NCBI GenBank assembly: GCA_965213925.1
Contig: OZ243927.1
Span: 1,664,001 to 1,728,000 of the forward strand
Direction of reading: 5' to 3'
Origin: Trueperaceae bacterium
Lineage (GTDB): Bacteria > Deinococcota > Deinococci > Deinococcales > Trueperaceae
Length of the DNA: 64,000 nt
This document shows, piece by piece, positions 19,525 through 29,591 of this stretch (the stretch's first letter is position 1; each line of letters starts with the position of its first letter). A program made the position numbers and the translations under genes. The notes under the pieces were generated by a model that saw nothing but the letters and a program-made list of their open reading frames with translations, searched no databases and was not told the origin of the DNA.

Positions 19525-22500
19525 TTGCCGTCGTCACACACCACAGAAGCAGAACAAAATGAAGAGATAGACCAAAAGCTCGCTCAATCAGGAGCGGGCG
19601 CACTGACGCGCCTCTCGAGCCAGATACTCGACGCTACGAATGCCGTCTTGACAGTTACCGACCCGACGCGCCCTGACAACCCGCTCATCTACGTCAACGA
19701 GGGCTTCGAGCAGCTAACGGGCTACCGCCGCGAGGAGGTTCTTGGTCGCAACTGCCGCTTTTTGCAGGGTGCGGACCGCGACCAACCCGGCGCTCAAAAG
19801 CTCCGTGAGGCTGTCCAAAAGGGCGAGCATGTCCGGGTCGAGCTGCGTAACTACAAGAAGTCAGGAGAGATGTTCTGGAATGAGCTTTACCTCTCACCCG
19901 TCTACGACGGCGAGGGCAGGCTCGCGCTCTATGTGGGCGTCCAGAACGACATCACCGAGCGTAAGACAGCGTTTCAAGCTAGCGAGGAGCAGTTGCACGC
20001 GGCTTTAGACGCTGCCCAAATGGGCACTTGGGACTATGACTTAAAGCATGACATGGTCCATTGGGATGGGCGCTGCCGCGAGCTTTTCAACCTATCCGAG
20101 CGGGAAACCACGACGTTGGAAGAGCCCCTCGCAAAGATTCACCCTGATGATAGACCCTATGTTGACGTGCAAATTACAGCGGCGCACGACCCTGATAGCG
20201 ATGGGCATTACAGCGCCGAATACCGCGTTATGACGCCTACGGGCAGCCGCTGGATTCGGGCGTCGGGACAAGTCCACTTTGAAGGAAGCGGGGACGCTCG
20301 GCAGGCGGTTCGCTCGGTGGGTGTGGTTATGGACATCACCGAGCGCAAGCAGCAAGAAAACGCACTGCGCGAGATGAGCGAGCAGGTGCGGCTGCTCGTC
20401 GAAGGGGCTCGAGACTACGCCATTATCATGCTAGACCTAGAGAGGCGCGTCACCAAGTGGAACCCCGGAGCCGAGCGCATCACGGGCTACTCCGAAAGGG
20501 AGGTGTTGGGCCGCCGCGTGGATGCGATCTACACACCCGAAGACCGCGAACACGGCGTGCCCGCGCAGGAGGTGCGCCGGGCCAGCGAGCGCGGCGAGGC
20601 TAAGGATGTACGCTGGCATCTGCGCAAAGACGGCACACGCTTCTTCGCAAACGGCACGGTGACGGCCTTGCGCGACGACGAGGGCGAACTGCACGGCTTC
20701 GCCAAAGTCATCCAGGACGCCACGGAGCAAAAGCGAGCGGAGGTGGCGCTGCGCAAGAGCGAAGAGCAGCGGCGCGTCGCCTTAGAGTCTGCCGCGATGG
20801 GCACGTGGGATATCGACATCATAAACGACAGGCTCTACATGGATACGCGCTGCCGCGAGCTGTTCAACGTCCCCGCAGAGGGCGTGGTCAAACTCGAGCA
20901 ACCGCTCGCTCACGTTCACCCGGAAGAGCGGGACTACGTCACCCAGAAGATTGCGGCGGCCACGCAACCAGATGCGAGCGGACGTTACGACCTCGAGTAC
21001 CGCGTCCTCAAACTAGAGGGCGGCGTTCGCTGGGTGAGGGCCACCGGTCAGACGCTTTTTGAGGGCGAAGGCGAAGCGCGCCGCGCGGCGCGCTTCACTG
21101 GCGTGGTGACGGAGACGACCCAACGCAAAGAAACCGAAGCAGCCCTGCGTCAGTCCGAAGCGGAATACCGCACGCTGTTCGAGACTATGACCCAAGCCAT
21201 CGTCTACCAAAATGCCGAGGGCGTGATTATTTCCGCGAACCCCGCCGCCAGAAGGATTTTGGGCTTGTCCGTAGACGAGCTGACGGGGCGCGTTTCGGTG
21301 GACCCCCGCTGGCAAGCCCTGCGCGAGGACGGCTCACCTTATCCGGGCGAAGAGCACCCGCCGATGCAGGCGTTACGCACCGGCGAGGTCGTTGAAGACG
21401 TCGTGATGGCGGTCTACAACTCCGAAGACGACGCCTACCGCTGGCTCTCGGTGGACTCGGTGCCACAGTTTAAGCCGGGTGAAGACAAACCCTATCAGGT
21501 CTACTCGCTCTTCGACGACATCACCGCCCGTAAAGAGGCTGAAGCCGAGCGCGACCAGACCCAGAGGGAGTTAGAGCGTGCCAATGCTCAGCTCTACCAC
21601 GACGCCTTCCACGATACATTGACGGGGCTTCCTAATCGGCAGCTTTTGATCGAGCGCTTGGAGCGGGTGCTGATGCGGCAGCAGCGCTACGAGGACCACA
21701 CCGCCGCCCTCTTATTCATGGACTTCGACCGCTTCAAGCTGGTCAACGACTCGCTAGGTCACGCGGTCGGCGACGCCATGCTCAAAGCCATCGCCGAGCG
21801 CCTCGAAGCGTGCATCCGTCCCTCGGACTCAGTGGCGCGGCTCGGTGGCGACGAGTTTGTCGTCCTCTTGGAGTGTGTCACTCGTACAGTTGAAGTCACG
21901 CGGGTCGCCCGGCGCATCAAAGAGGCGTTCGCCTATCCGCTCAAGGTCGAGGGGCACGAGCTTCACACCTCGGCGAGCATCGGCATCGTCGCCTCGACCA
22001 CGTCCTACAAGGGTGCAGGCGAGGTCTTGCGCGACGCCGACATCGCTATGTACCGCGCCAAGGCGCAGGGGCGAGGCAGCTACCAGCTCTTCAGCGCTGT
22101 GATGCGCAGTCAGGCGGTGACGGCCCTCCAGATAGAGCAGGAGTTGCGCGAGGCGCTCAAGCGGGATGAACTGCGCGTCGCCTATCAACCCATCATGTCC
22201 GCTTCGGAGGCGCTCGTAGGCTTTGAAGCGCTCGTACGCTGGCAACACCCTGAGCGGGGTCTCCTCCAGCCGGGTCAATTTCTACCTTTCGCCGAGGAAG
22301 CCGGGTTGCTCCGCGAGCTTGACTTCTGGGTCTGGCGCGAAGCCTGTACCCAAGTCGGGCAGTGGCAGCGAGATACGCTCCAGCCCCTCACTCTTTCGCT
22401 CAACCTCTCGAGCCAGCAGTTCCTCCACGCCGACCTCGTAGACGACCTAAAAGCGCTTTTACAAGAGACCGGCTTTGACCCCGCGAACCTCGTGCTGGAG

Positions 22501-22893
22501 ATCACCGAAGGGGTGCTCATCGACTCGTCCGAGTTCGTCAAGGCGACCCTAGCGGAGCTTAAAGCGCTGGGACTCAGGCTCTACCTGGACGACTTCGGCA
22601 CGGGTTACTCGTCTCTGGCTTACTTGCAGCGCTTTCCGGTAGACGCCCTAAAGATCGACCGCTCCTTTGTAATGGAGATGCTCGACGACGAGGGCAGCGC
22701 CGAACTGGTGCGCACTATCTTAGCGATGGCCCAAAACTTGGGCTTGGTAGCCGTAGCTGAAGGGGTCGAGCACAGAGCGCAGTTGGCGAGGCTTAAAGAG
22801 CTAGGCTGCGCCTATACTCAGGGTTTTCTCTTCGCGAAGCCGCTGAACCAGACCGAAGTCGTCTCGTTCTTGGCTCAGACCAGCTTGAGTTGA
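19525..22893 (+). CDS. LOV-PAS4-GGDEF-EAL blue-light-responsive diguanylate cyclase/phosphodiesterase
   Basis: LOV signature GRNCRFLQG; four further PAS/PAC domains; RPSD I-site, RLGGDEF, FEALVRW, DDFGTGYSS. Confidence 0.95.
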   Translation: MPSSHTTEAEQNEEIDQKLAQSGAGALTRLSSQILDATNAVLTVTDPTRPDNPLIYVNEGFEQLTGYRREEVLGRNCRFLQGADRDQPGAQKLREAVQKGEHVRVELRNYKKSGEMFWNELYLSPVYDGEGRLALYVGVQNDITERKTAFQASEEQLHAALDAAQMGTWDYDLKHDMVHWDGRCRELFNLSERETTTLEEPLAKIHPDDRPYVDVQITAAHDPDSDGHYSAEYRVMTPTGSRWIRASGQVHFEGSGDARQAVRSVGVVMDITERKQQENALREMSEQVRLLVEGARDYAIIMLDLERRVTKWNPGAERITGYSEREVLGRRVDAIYTPEDREHGVPAQEVRRASERGEAKDVRWHLRKDGTRFFANGTVTALRDDEGELHGFAKVIQDATEQKRAEVALRKSEEQRRVALESAAMGTWDIDIINDRLYMDTRCRELFNVPAEGVVKLEQPLAHVHPEERDYVTQKIAAATQPDASGRYDLEYRVLKLEGGVRWVRATGQTLFEGEGEARRAARFTGVVTETTQRKETEAALRQSEAEYRTLFETMTQAIVYQNAEGVIISANPAARRILGLSVDELTGRVSVDPRWQALREDGSPYPGEEHPPMQALRTGEVVEDVVMAVYNSEDDAYRWLSVDSVPQFKPGEDKPYQVYSLFDDITARKEAEAERDQTQRELERANAQLYHDAFHDTLTGLPNRQLLIERLERVLMRQQRYEDHTAALLFMDFDRFKLVNDSLGHAVGDAMLKAIAERLEACIRPSDSVARLGGDEFVVLLECVTRTVEVTRVARRIKEAFAYPLKVEGHELHTSASIGIVASTTSYKGAGEVLRDADIAMYRAKAQGRGSYQLFSAVMRSQAVTALQIEQELREALKRDELRVAYQPIMSASEALVGFEALVRWQHPERGLLQPGQFLPFAEEAGLLRELDFWVWREACTQVGQWQRDTLQPLTLSLNLSSQQFLHADLVDDLKALLQETGFDPANLVLEITEGVLIDSSEFVKATLAELKALGLRLYLDDFGTGYSSLAYLQRFPVDALKIDRSFVMEMLDDEGSAELVRTILAMAQNLGLVAVAEGVEHRAQLARLKELGCAYTQGFLFAKPLNQTEVVSFLAQTSLS

Positions 22894-22910
22894 GCCAAGA
22901 AGAAGCGGGG

Positions 22911-23186
22911 TTAGTTTGCCTTGCTCTCTTGACGTAGGACCTCGGCTAGCTGCTGCAACACATCCGCCGAACGCGCCAAGCTTGGCGCGGTGCGCACGGC
23001 GTTCTGGCGCTCACTTGAGCTCGGGTCGTAGAGTTCTTCAATTTCACGTACCACATAAGCCGCGAGCGCCTCGGTGAGGCTCAGGGTCTCGAGGTTTTTA
23101 GAGAACTCTGCGTGCTGAAGCGCTAAGAAATCGTCTGGGTAAGCCTTATTCAAGGTCTCAATTAGTTCGTTTAGGTTTTTCGGCAT
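22911..23186 (-). CDS. Small helical hypothetical protein
   Basis: Open frame with AAAGG before ATG (MPKNLNELIE...); amphipathic helices. Confidence 0.45.
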   Translation of the reverse strand: MPKNLNELIETLNKAYPDDFLALQHAEFSKNLETLSLTEALAAYVVREIEELYDPSSSERQNAVRTAPSLARSADVLQQLAEVLRQESKAN

Positions 23187-23607
23187 AACGGTTACCTTTC
23201 CCGAACTCAACATGAGAGAAGTGCTGAGCGTCACCCCATTAAGGAGCTACGGGGACGCTTAACGCATAGGCGCGTATTATAGCTCGAAGCTCGTCATGAC
23301 CCAGACGGCTCATCTCACACCTGGACTACACAAGGGTTTCAGCGATCTGCCAGTTGCTAGGTCGCGCCCGGTCCATCTGCCCGCTCTGCCCTCACAGGAG
23401 AGGGCTTCCACTACCTCCACACGATTACTTGTGGAGGTTTTTATGTTCATCAATCCGTTCCGCCCCGTCCGCTTCCTCTCTTGGTCGCACCACGTACCCA
23501 ACTGGCTCGGTCACAGTAGCTCGTCTTCTCTCACTTACGAGGGCAAATTCAACACGCCCGCCGCGCCTTGTAGCTTACACTCGACCTGGAACATCACCGA
23601 GGCTACG

Positions 23608-24039
23608 ATGCACCAGGAATCTCGCCGCCTAGAGACGACCCTCCAGAGCTACCACAACCGCCTGATCGACGCGGCGGCGGTGATTCAAACGATGATCGCG
23701 ATTAAAGAGGACCTCGCGGCGAGCGAACGGCGGGCGGAAAGCCTTGGGCTCAGCGAAGACGAGCTAGCCTTCTACGACGCCGTGCACAGCACCTACCCGG
23801 ACCTCTACGACGACGCCTTCTTGCGCGACCTCATTCACGAGGTCGTGGCGTCCGTGCGCCGCAACCTCAAGGTGGACTGGACCGAGCCCCACCGCGAGGA
23901 CATCAAGGCGGCGGTACGCTCAGCGGTCAAGCGGATGCTGAGACACCGTAAGGTCAAGCGGGAGGACCTGGACACGCTCGTGGTGCTGATCATGGATCAA
24001 GCGGAGGCGCTGTATAAGGACTGGCCGCAAGCGGCATAG
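23608..24039 (+). pseudogene. 3' fragment of type I restriction subunit R (DUF3387-like)
   Basis: LQSYHNRLIDAAAVIQ...LGLSEDELAFYDAV...VDWT...AAVRSAVKRMLR is typical of HsdR C-termini; the preceding part of the ORF looks unrelated. Confidence 0.8.
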
Positions 24040-24091
24040 CCGGCGAAGTGAACGACTCACCTCTGACTGGCTTTCTCAACGTAAGTTCCGC

Positions 24092-24496
24092 TCACTCCGC
24101 TTCTAACACCGCACGTATAGCCTCTAAGACCTCATCGGGGTCATCCTTGGTGACATAACCTTTAGCCCCTGCACCGATAGCCGCTTGCTGGTAGAGCGGG
24201 TCAACGTGCCCGGTGACGACCAGGCAGCGCAGCGCGGGCTGCTCAAGCTGCAAGCGCTTGATGAGCTGCAAACCGCTCATGCCGGGCAGCGAGAGGTCCA
24301 CCAGGACGAGGTCGGGCGCGAGTTCGGGAAGCTGGATAAGCGCGTCCTCTGCCGTTTCCGCCTCACCGACGAGCATTAGGTCGGGCTCCTCTTCGACTAA
24401 CCGCCGTAACGCCCGCCGCATGACCGGATGGTCTTCGACGAGAAAGAGGCTGTGTGTTTGAGCTATGATGCGTTGACCTTCTACGGTATGGATCAA
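24092..24496 (-). CDS. Stand-alone response regulator receiver (NarL-like, no HTH)
   Basis: LVEDHPVMR, VDLSLPGMSG (phospho-Asp), VTGH, VTK. Confidence 0.88.
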   Translation of the reverse strand: MIHTVEGQRIIAQTHSLFLVEDHPVMRRALRRLVEEEPDLMLVGEAETAEDALIQLPELAPDLVLVDLSLPGMSGLQLIKRLQLEQPALRCLVVTGHVDPLYQQAAIGAGAKGYVTKDDPDEVLEAIRAVLEAE

Positions 24497-24513
24497 TTAC
24501 CCGCCCCTATCCT

Positions 24514-26820
24514 TCAGTTCAGCATAAGGGCGCTCGTAGGCATGAGAATAGTGACCTGTGTACCCTGCCCTCTCATAGAGGCGACGTCCAAGCGGCCCCC
24601 GAAGAGTTGCAAGCGCTTACGTACCCCCGACAAGCCTAAACCAGTGCCGAATCCCTCACGGTCTAACGCTGCGGGGTTGAAACCGCAGCCCAGGTCGCTG
24701 ACGCAGATCGAGAGTCCGTCCCCCTGTTCGGATAACGTGACGGTGGCCGCCTCTACCTCGGCGTGTTTGACCACGTTGAAGAGCAGCTCGCGCACCAGGT
24801 TGAAGAGCAAGACCCGCACCGCCTCATCAGGAACCGTAAGCGCGTCGGCGGTGTCTACCGTGACGGAGAGGCGGTGACGCCGCTTCATATCGCTACTGAG
24901 CCATTTCAGCGCCTCGACCAAGCCCTCTTCCTTGAGGACAGGCGGGCTCAGGTCGGTAGTTGTAATGCGGGCGAGCTGCAACGCCTCTTTGACCAAAGCG
25001 TTGGTCTTGCTGAGCTGCGCTTGCATCTCATCGTTGTCCTTCGCCGCCCGGCGGATGTCGCGCAGGGCGAACTGCACGGCGTAGAGTTGCTGCTGCACAC
25101 CGTCGTGGAGGACTTGGGCGAGCTTAGCGCGCTCTCGCGCCTCAGCTAGGGTGAGCTGACCTGCGAGGTCTTGCACCTGTTTCGTGCGCGCCTCAACCCG
25201 CGCCTCCAGCTCGCGGTTGAGATCGGCTAGGGCGTTTTCAGCCTGCTTGCGCTCGGTGATATCCTTGAACAGGATGCCGACCCTCCGGCTCTTTACGTCG
25301 CCGACCCGGAAGGCGTAGACCTCGAACCAGCGGCCCATCTCCCGTGAGCCGTTCTCGAAGCGGGTCGGCTCGCCTGTCAGAGCGACCTCGCCGTAGAGAT
25401 CGAACCAGTGCTGCTCCAGGTTCGGGACGAGGTCTCGCGCCGTTTTACCGACTGCGTTTTTGAGCCCCGTCTGATCTTCAAATCTAGGATTCGTTTCTAA
25501 AAAGCGGTAGTTTAGCGGCTTATCGTCGGCGTCAAACAACACCTCGATCACGCAAAATCCCTCGTCGGTGGCGTTGAAGAGCGTGCGGTAGCGTACTTCA
25601 CTCTTCTCTTGGGCGTCTTCCGCTCGCCGCTGCTCGGTGATGTCCAGAGCCGCTGTCACAAAGTACTGCCCGCCCCCGAGCGGCAGCGGCTCCGAGCCAT
25701 AGACGCGCCAGGTTCGCGTCTCGCCTGAGGCCGTATAAATGGTCAGCTCATTAGGTGGCGGGGTATCTCGCTGCTCCAATTGGGCGTGCCAGCTCGCTAT
25801 GTCTTCTTCTGGCACGTGCAACCCCCTGCGGAGCCAACTCGCGCTGTCGGGCAGGTCCTCCTTGCGGTAGCCCGTCAGCTCGGTGAAGGCGCGGCTGAGC
25901 TGGAGAATCTCCCCCGTGGCGGTGTGGACGATCATCGGGATGGGCGCGTGCTGCACAGTGGCGCGAAAGAGGGTTTCGCTCTCGCGCAGCGTGACCTCGT
26001 CTCGGCGGCGCTCGGTCACGTCCACGCCCGAAGGGATGAGATAGGTGACCTCTTTCGCTTCGTTGAAGATAGGCACGAGCATAAAATCCACAGTCATAAA
26101 GCGGTCCTCGCTGGCGTGAGTGCCGACACGAGGACCTAAGTGGATTACAGTGTCGAAGCGCGACGCTTCGCCCTCACGGGCGCGCGCAACGGCATCACGT
26201 ATCTCAGCTTTAGCCTCATCCGAGTAGGTCCAATAGGGCAGGTCGTAGAGGGGTTTGTCGATGACGTCTGCGAACGTGAGGGAGGTGGCCTTGACTACGG
26301 GACGGTTGACCTCTAAAAGCACACCGTCCGGGGTGGTGAGACCGACGAAGGTGGGCATATGGTCGATCAAGTCGCGCAGGTACTGTTTGCTCGTTTCCAG
26401 CGTCAGCATCGCCGACCGCTCGTCGGTGGCGTCGCGCAGCACCTTAGCGTAGCCGAGCAGTTGACCGTCCTCGTCCCTCAGGGCGCTCAAGATACCGTGT
26501 GCGAAGAAGGTGCTGCCGTCGGCGCGGACGTGCCAGCGCTCATCTGCCGCGTAGCCCACCTCCCCGGCGGTCGCCATCTCCTGTTCAGGTACGCCAGCGA
26601 CCCGGTCGTCTTCGGTGAAGAGGAGGCGGAAGTCCTGACCGACGAAGGTCTCGTAGGTGTAGCCGAGCAGGGCCTCGACGCCTGGGTTACAGCTCATGAC
26701 TTTGCCGCTTAGATCGGTGGCGAAAACCGCATATTCGCTCAGGTTCGCTAGGATCAAGTCGGCGAGTTGTGCGGACCGAGTCGGAGCGCGTTTCGCACCG
26801 ACCTCTTCGGGCTGAGACAT
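24514..26820 (-). CDS. Multi-PAS sensor histidine kinase (HisKA_3 type)
   Basis: Four PAS domains; LHDGVQQQL H-box; ELLFNVVKHA, DLGCGF, GLGL; leaderless ATG at 26820 preceded by TATGAT-N6. Confidence 0.92.
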   Translation of the reverse strand: MSQPEEVGAKRAPTRSAQLADLILANLSEYAVFATDLSGKVMSCNPGVEALLGYTYETFVGQDFRLLFTEDDRVAGVPEQEMATAGEVGYAADERWHVRADGSTFFAHGILSALRDEDGQLLGYAKVLRDATDERSAMLTLETSKQYLRDLIDHMPTFVGLTTPDGVLLEVNRPVVKATSLTFADVIDKPLYDLPYWTYSDEAKAEIRDAVARAREGEASRFDTVIHLGPRVGTHASEDRFMTVDFMLVPIFNEAKEVTYLIPSGVDVTERRRDEVTLRESETLFRATVQHAPIPMIVHTATGEILQLSRAFTELTGYRKEDLPDSASWLRRGLHVPEEDIASWHAQLEQRDTPPPNELTIYTASGETRTWRVYGSEPLPLGGGQYFVTAALDITEQRRAEDAQEKSEVRYRTLFNATDEGFCVIEVLFDADDKPLNYRFLETNPRFEDQTGLKNAVGKTARDLVPNLEQHWFDLYGEVALTGEPTRFENGSREMGRWFEVYAFRVGDVKSRRVGILFKDITERKQAENALADLNRELEARVEARTKQVQDLAGQLTLAEARERAKLAQVLHDGVQQQLYAVQFALRDIRRAAKDNDEMQAQLSKTNALVKEALQLARITTTDLSPPVLKEEGLVEALKWLSSDMKRRHRLSVTVDTADALTVPDEAVRVLLFNLVRELLFNVVKHAEVEAATVTLSEQGDGLSICVSDLGCGFNPAALDREGFGTGLGLSGVRKRLQLFGGRLDVASMRGQGTQVTILMPTSALMLN

Positions 26821-27143
26821 ATGTCTATCATAAGGTGCGGTATTAACCGGAAGCAACGGACACAAAAAGACCGCCCGACCTTCGGGTTCAGGCGGCTCCC
26901 CCGGCGATGCTGTCCTGCAGGACAGCATTTAGCTGAGTTAAAAGCGGTGGCTCGCGCTAGGTCTATATGTACCGAGAAAAAGGGTACAAAGTACTCAAAT
27001 AAGCCTCGGGCGGAGCCGAGTTAGGGGCAGCGGCGGCTCGGCTCGAAGATGGTCTAGCTTAGCCCAGCTCTATCTAAGCAGCCGGGAAGTCTCACGCATG
27101 AGGTCGTAGAGCGCGGAGAAGTCTCTTGTTCCCGCAACTTACC

Positions 27144-29537
27144 CTACCGCCACCCCTCAACCTCCGGCAGGTCTTCGCCGTGCTCAGTGATGTAGCGGTG
27201 GTGCTCTTCTAACTTCGCCTCGTACTTTTCTCTAAGCGCCGCTTTCTGCCCCTTTAGGTCGTCCCGGTGCTCAGTATGACGCAGCACCGACAGGGCAAGC
27301 TGAAAGCGGCTCATCCGGTTGAAGACCAGCATATCGAAAGGGGTTGTTGTGCTGCCCTCTTCGATGTAGCCGTGCACGTGGAAGCGGCTGGGGTTGGGGC
27401 GGCGGTGGATGAGTTCGTGAATAACCCTGGGGTAACCGTGGAAGCCGAAGGTCACGTCCATGTCATCTGTGAAAAGGTCTGTAAAGGTGTCCGCGTCTAG
27501 ACCGTCCGGGTGCTCGGGGTCCAACGCTAAGAGGTTGGCGACGTTCACTACGCGCACATTCAACTCGGGCAGATCGCGGCGTAAGAGCATGGCAGCTGCG
27601 ACTGTTTCTATAGTCGGCACGTCACCTGCGCAGGCGAGCACGATATCGGGTTTCTCTTTTTGTGCCTCACCCTCTCCAGCATGACCCGCCCAGTCCCACA
27701 CCGACGCGCCCCGTGCTAGGTGCGCCTGCGCCTCCTCCAGGGTCAACCACTGCGGCATCTCCTGTTTCGAGGCGACGATCAGGTTGATCTGGGCGCGGCT
27801 CTTTAAGCAGCGCTCGGTCACCGCGAGCAGGCTGTTCGCGTCGGGCGGCAGATAGATACGCACGATCTCGTTCTTCTTGGTGAGTAAGGTATTGATGAAA
27901 CCCGGTCCCTGATGGCTGTAGCCGTTGTGGTCTTGCCGCCAGGAGTGCGACGTTAAGAGGTAGTTTAGAGAAGCGATAGGCTTGCGCCAGGGGGTATCTC
28001 TCGCTGACTTGAGCCACTTGGCGTACTGGTTCGCCATCGAGTCGATGATGGTGATGAAGGCTTCGTAGCAGGCGAAGAGCCCGTGCCGTCCGGTGGTGAG
28101 GTAGCCCTCTAGCCAGCCTTCGCAGGTGTGTTCCGAGAGGACTTCCATGACGCGGCCCTCCTTGGAGACGTGCGCGTCGGTCTCCTCCAAGGGCCAGGTG
28201 AAGACGCGCTCGGTCACATCGAAGACAGCGTCCAGCTTGTTCGAGTCGATCTCGTCGGGGCAGAGCAGGCGGAAGTTCTTCTCTTCATCGTTCTCCTTGA
28301 AGAGGTCGCGCAAATAAGCGCCGACTGTTTTCGTGGCGCTCGCCTCGACGTTGCCCGGCTCGTCTACCTCTACCGCGTAGTCGGAGAGGTCCGGCAACTT
28401 CAGCGGGACCAAAAGCTCGCCGCCGTTCGCGTGCGGGTTGCGGCCTAACCTCTTGCCGGGTTCGGGCAAGAGGGACTGCACCGCCTCATTCGGCTCGCCA
28501 GCTTCATCGAAGAGAGATGTAGGGTCGTAGCTCTCTAGCCAAGCCTTCAACGTTTCGAACTCCTCGTCGTCGTTCTTAGGGTCGGAAAGCGGCGTACCGT
28601 GGGCGCGGAAGGTCCCCTCGACGGGCTTGCCCTCCAAGCTCCCCGGTCCGGTCCAGCCTTTTGGGGTTCGCAGCACGATCATCGGCAGGGCGGGCTTGGT
28701 GAAGCTCGGGTTCTCCCTGGCTTCCTCTTGCAGGTCGCGAATCTCTCCGTAAGCCCGGTCCAGCGTCTCCCACAGCGCTTCGTGGACGGCCCTCGGCTCG
28801 TCGCCCGCCACGAAGTGCACGCGGTAGCCGTAGCCCTCGAAGAGCTTCTGGAGTTCGTCGTCGCCCATACGCCCGAGGAGGGTCAGGCCGCCTATCTTAT
28901 ATTCGTTGAGGTGCAGTATCGGTAGAACGGCACCGTCCCTAGCTGGGTTCAAGAACTTGTTCGAGTGCCACGCTGCCGCCAAAGGTCCCGTCTCCGCCTC
29001 GCCGTCGCCGACTACACAGGCGACGATCAGCTCAGGGTTGTCGAAGGCCGCCCCATACGCATGAGAGAGGCTGTAGCCGAGTTCGCCCCCCTCTTGAATC
29101 TGACCGGGCGTGAAGGGGCGCAGGTGGCTGGGCAGTCCTTCGGGCCAGGAGAAGAGCTTGCAGAGGTTCGCCATGCCCTCCTTGCCGACACGGAATCTGT
29201 CGTCAATTTCGCCTAACGTTTCCTCGAGGTACAAATTCGCCAAAATCGCAGGCGCACCGTGTCCCGGTCCGGTCACGAGCAGCACGTCCGCGTCTGTATC
29301 CTGAACGAGCCTGTTGAGGTGCGCGTAGATGAGGTTCAGACCCGGCTGCGTGCCCCAGTGTCCCAGGATGCGCGTCTTGACGTGCTCCCGCGCTAGAGGT
29401 TCGCGCAGGAGCGCATTCTCCTTGAGGTGAAGCTGCGCTGCGCCTAAGTAGTTGACCGCTCGCCAGTAGGCGTGAAGCTGCTCCAACCTCTCCTGAGCGA
29501 CCTCTTGACTGTCCGTATAACTCACTGTGCTGCTCAT
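27144..29537 (-). CDS. xfp: Phosphoketolase (xylulose-5-P/fructose-6-P)
   Basis: GHWGTQPG, GPGHGAPA, EGGELGYSL, GDGEAETGP, LSEHTCEGWLEGY, QDHNGYSHQGPG. Confidence 0.96.
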   Translation of the reverse strand: MSSTVSYTDSQEVAQERLEQLHAYWRAVNYLGAAQLHLKENALLREPLAREHVKTRILGHWGTQPGLNLIYAHLNRLVQDTDADVLLVTGPGHGAPAILANLYLEETLGEIDDRFRVGKEGMANLCKLFSWPEGLPSHLRPFTPGQIQEGGELGYSLSHAYGAAFDNPELIVACVVGDGEAETGPLAAAWHSNKFLNPARDGAVLPILHLNEYKIGGLTLLGRMGDDELQKLFEGYGYRVHFVAGDEPRAVHEALWETLDRAYGEIRDLQEEARENPSFTKPALPMIVLRTPKGWTGPGSLEGKPVEGTFRAHGTPLSDPKNDDEEFETLKAWLESYDPTSLFDEAGEPNEAVQSLLPEPGKRLGRNPHANGGELLVPLKLPDLSDYAVEVDEPGNVEASATKTVGAYLRDLFKENDEEKNFRLLCPDEIDSNKLDAVFDVTERVFTWPLEETDAHVSKEGRVMEVLSEHTCEGWLEGYLTTGRHGLFACYEAFITIIDSMANQYAKWLKSARDTPWRKPIASLNYLLTSHSWRQDHNGYSHQGPGFINTLLTKKNEIVRIYLPPDANSLLAVTERCLKSRAQINLIVASKQEMPQWLTLEEAQAHLARGASVWDWAGHAGEGEAQKEKPDIVLACAGDVPTIETVAAAMLLRRDLPELNVRVVNVANLLALDPEHPDGLDADTFTDLFTDDMDVTFGFHGYPRVIHELIHRRPNPSRFHVHGYIEEGSTTTPFDMLVFNRMSRFQLALSVLRHTEHRDDLKGQKAALREKYEAKLEEHHRYITEHGEDLPEVEGWR

Positions 29538-29591
29538 ATGATCCCCTTCCGCTCGATCCTTACACCTTAGCGTGACCTCTTAACGGGCGTG

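Noticed and set aside
23296..23607. N-terminal part of the 247-aa ORF
   Set aside because: Not protein-like; appears to be chance open frame fused to the hsdR remnant.
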